Below are positions 62,719 through 64,000 of a stretch of DNA of 64,000 nt, piece by piece. Made by a program: the position numbers and the translations under genes. The notes under the pieces were generated by a model, which did not search any database, was not told where the DNA came from, and worked only from the letters and a program-made list of their open reading frames with translations. The stretch is from NCBI GenBank assembly GCA_030390025.1, contig CM059432.1, positions 121,522,001 to 121,586,000 of the forward strand, given 5' to 3'. The DNA comes from Squalus acanthias. Lineage: Eukaryota. The stretch's first letter is position 1. Each line of letters begins with the position of its first letter.

Positions 62719-64000
62719 TGTGAAGGAATACTTCATATTCATAAAAATACACCATTCTATGAAATAATTCTGACTTTATTAAACATGACAAACTGGGCTT
62801 GGAAGTCTGAAAGCCTCAACAAGGAAAAGCTGTAAACAGAATACAGGCTTTTGAGATAAGATAAGTTGTTGACACTGAAACAATAGCCCTATTGAAGCAG
62901 AGGGTTAGAGGTTCCCGAAAGTCTGCAGCTTGAAAAGAACACAATGGTATAACCCTGTTAAAGTGTCTTAAACCAACACTTCAAAATGAAACACAGAACA
63001 TTAAAGAATCATGTGCCTTTGTAAAAATGACATCAAGTAAAAGGAACACCTGCCGTCAAATCGTTTTTATGTTAAACTTAGAACACGGAGACAGGAGTCT
63101 GTGGTACGACCAGTTGAGGTAGCTAGGAAGACAATGATGTACCCGGTTGAGGTGTTTTTAATTTACATGTTGTAAAAAGATACAAACAGAAGACTTTGAT
63201 AAAAATGACATCAAATAGAACCACTGCCATCACATTGTTTTTGTGTTGGACTTGGAACACCTAGGAGACACAAAGGGCTGGATTTTGTCTTGGGGTCGGG
63301 TTGGGGTCGTGTTACCCGCATTTCGTGTTGGCCCCCCCGACTCCAGATTAATGTGGATGAATGATGCGATTTTAACTTAATTGGGCAATTGAGTTCCAAC
63401 ATGTGGGAACCCATGGCCAATGAGTTATTCCAGTCTGAAAGTCGCCTCCGATGACGTCATCATTGCTGCTGCATTTAAGGTCTGCAACAAGCCTTGCTTC
63501 CTCTGCAGGCTGCCAAGCTTTTGGACCTCTAATCTAAAAACTTGCAGCAGGAATGGCCAGCCAACGGCTCAGGGCTGCTCCCAGGTTCCATGACGTTGCC
63601 CTTGGTGGAAGGAGCAAGAGCCAACAGGGAGGTGCTCTTCCCCTCCTCAGGGAGGAAGAAGCCTCCCCAGCAGACAAAGGCTGTGCGGGTCCAGATCGCC
63701 CAGGAGGTCACCTCCTTATCATTCACCTGCAGAACCTGGATCCAGTGCAGGAAGAGGTTTCATGACCTTCTACGTACTGCTAAAGTGAGTATGACTTTCC
63801 CTTCACCCTCAATCTGATCCCCATTGCCTCTCCTCACCAGCACTTAGCTTTACCAACCTCTTCCTCCATATCCCACTTGACACTGACATCCATGCACCCT
63901 TACCCATTCCCTCTCCCTCTATGGTCACATTCACCTTACTATTCGACTATGCAGCCCTCACACTCCCTATCACTGTCATGCTTTGAAAACAACTTACAAC
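62719..64000 (+). repeat. 3' LTR with Harbinger cargo from 63275 (Myb exon 1 at 63553-63784)
   Basis: Second copy of 58315 onward, including the same GGGCTGGATTTT junction. Confidence 0.85.

Larger units (their letters stand above)
58315..64000 (+). mobile_element. Defective foamy-virus-like endogenous retrovirus (extends past the window)
   Basis: Direct repeats starting TGTGAAGG at 58315 and 62719. A purine tract AAGAGGGG precedes only the second copy, and a foamy-type integrase lies between them. Confidence 0.88.

Overview
Repeat-saturated eukaryotic DNA with no host exon that I can support. It is most likely from a cartilaginous fish (inference from HE1/V-SINE-like and SacSINE1/Deu-SINE-like SINEs and the CR1 and Penelope families). 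The window is a mosaic of nested mobile elements: a near full-length CR1 LINE, further CR1 and CR1/L2-group fragments, tRNA-derived SINEs, and several PIF/Harbinger transposons (HARBI1-like transposase plus an intron-containing Myb/SANT gene) with their MITEs. It also holds Penelope-like fragments with minimal hammerhead ribozyme motifs, two long solo LTRs with 4-bp TSDs, and a 23-bp minisatellite. The standout locus is 58315-64000, a degraded foamy-virus-like provirus whose integrase closely follows prototype foamy virus. Both of its LTRs carry the same Harbinger terminus and spliced Myb/SANT gene at the same position, which suggests a DNA-transposon cargo copied through a retroviral replication cycle. 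The provirus itself landed inside the Myb gene of another Harbinger. All alignments were done by eye and family comparisons are from recalled sequences.
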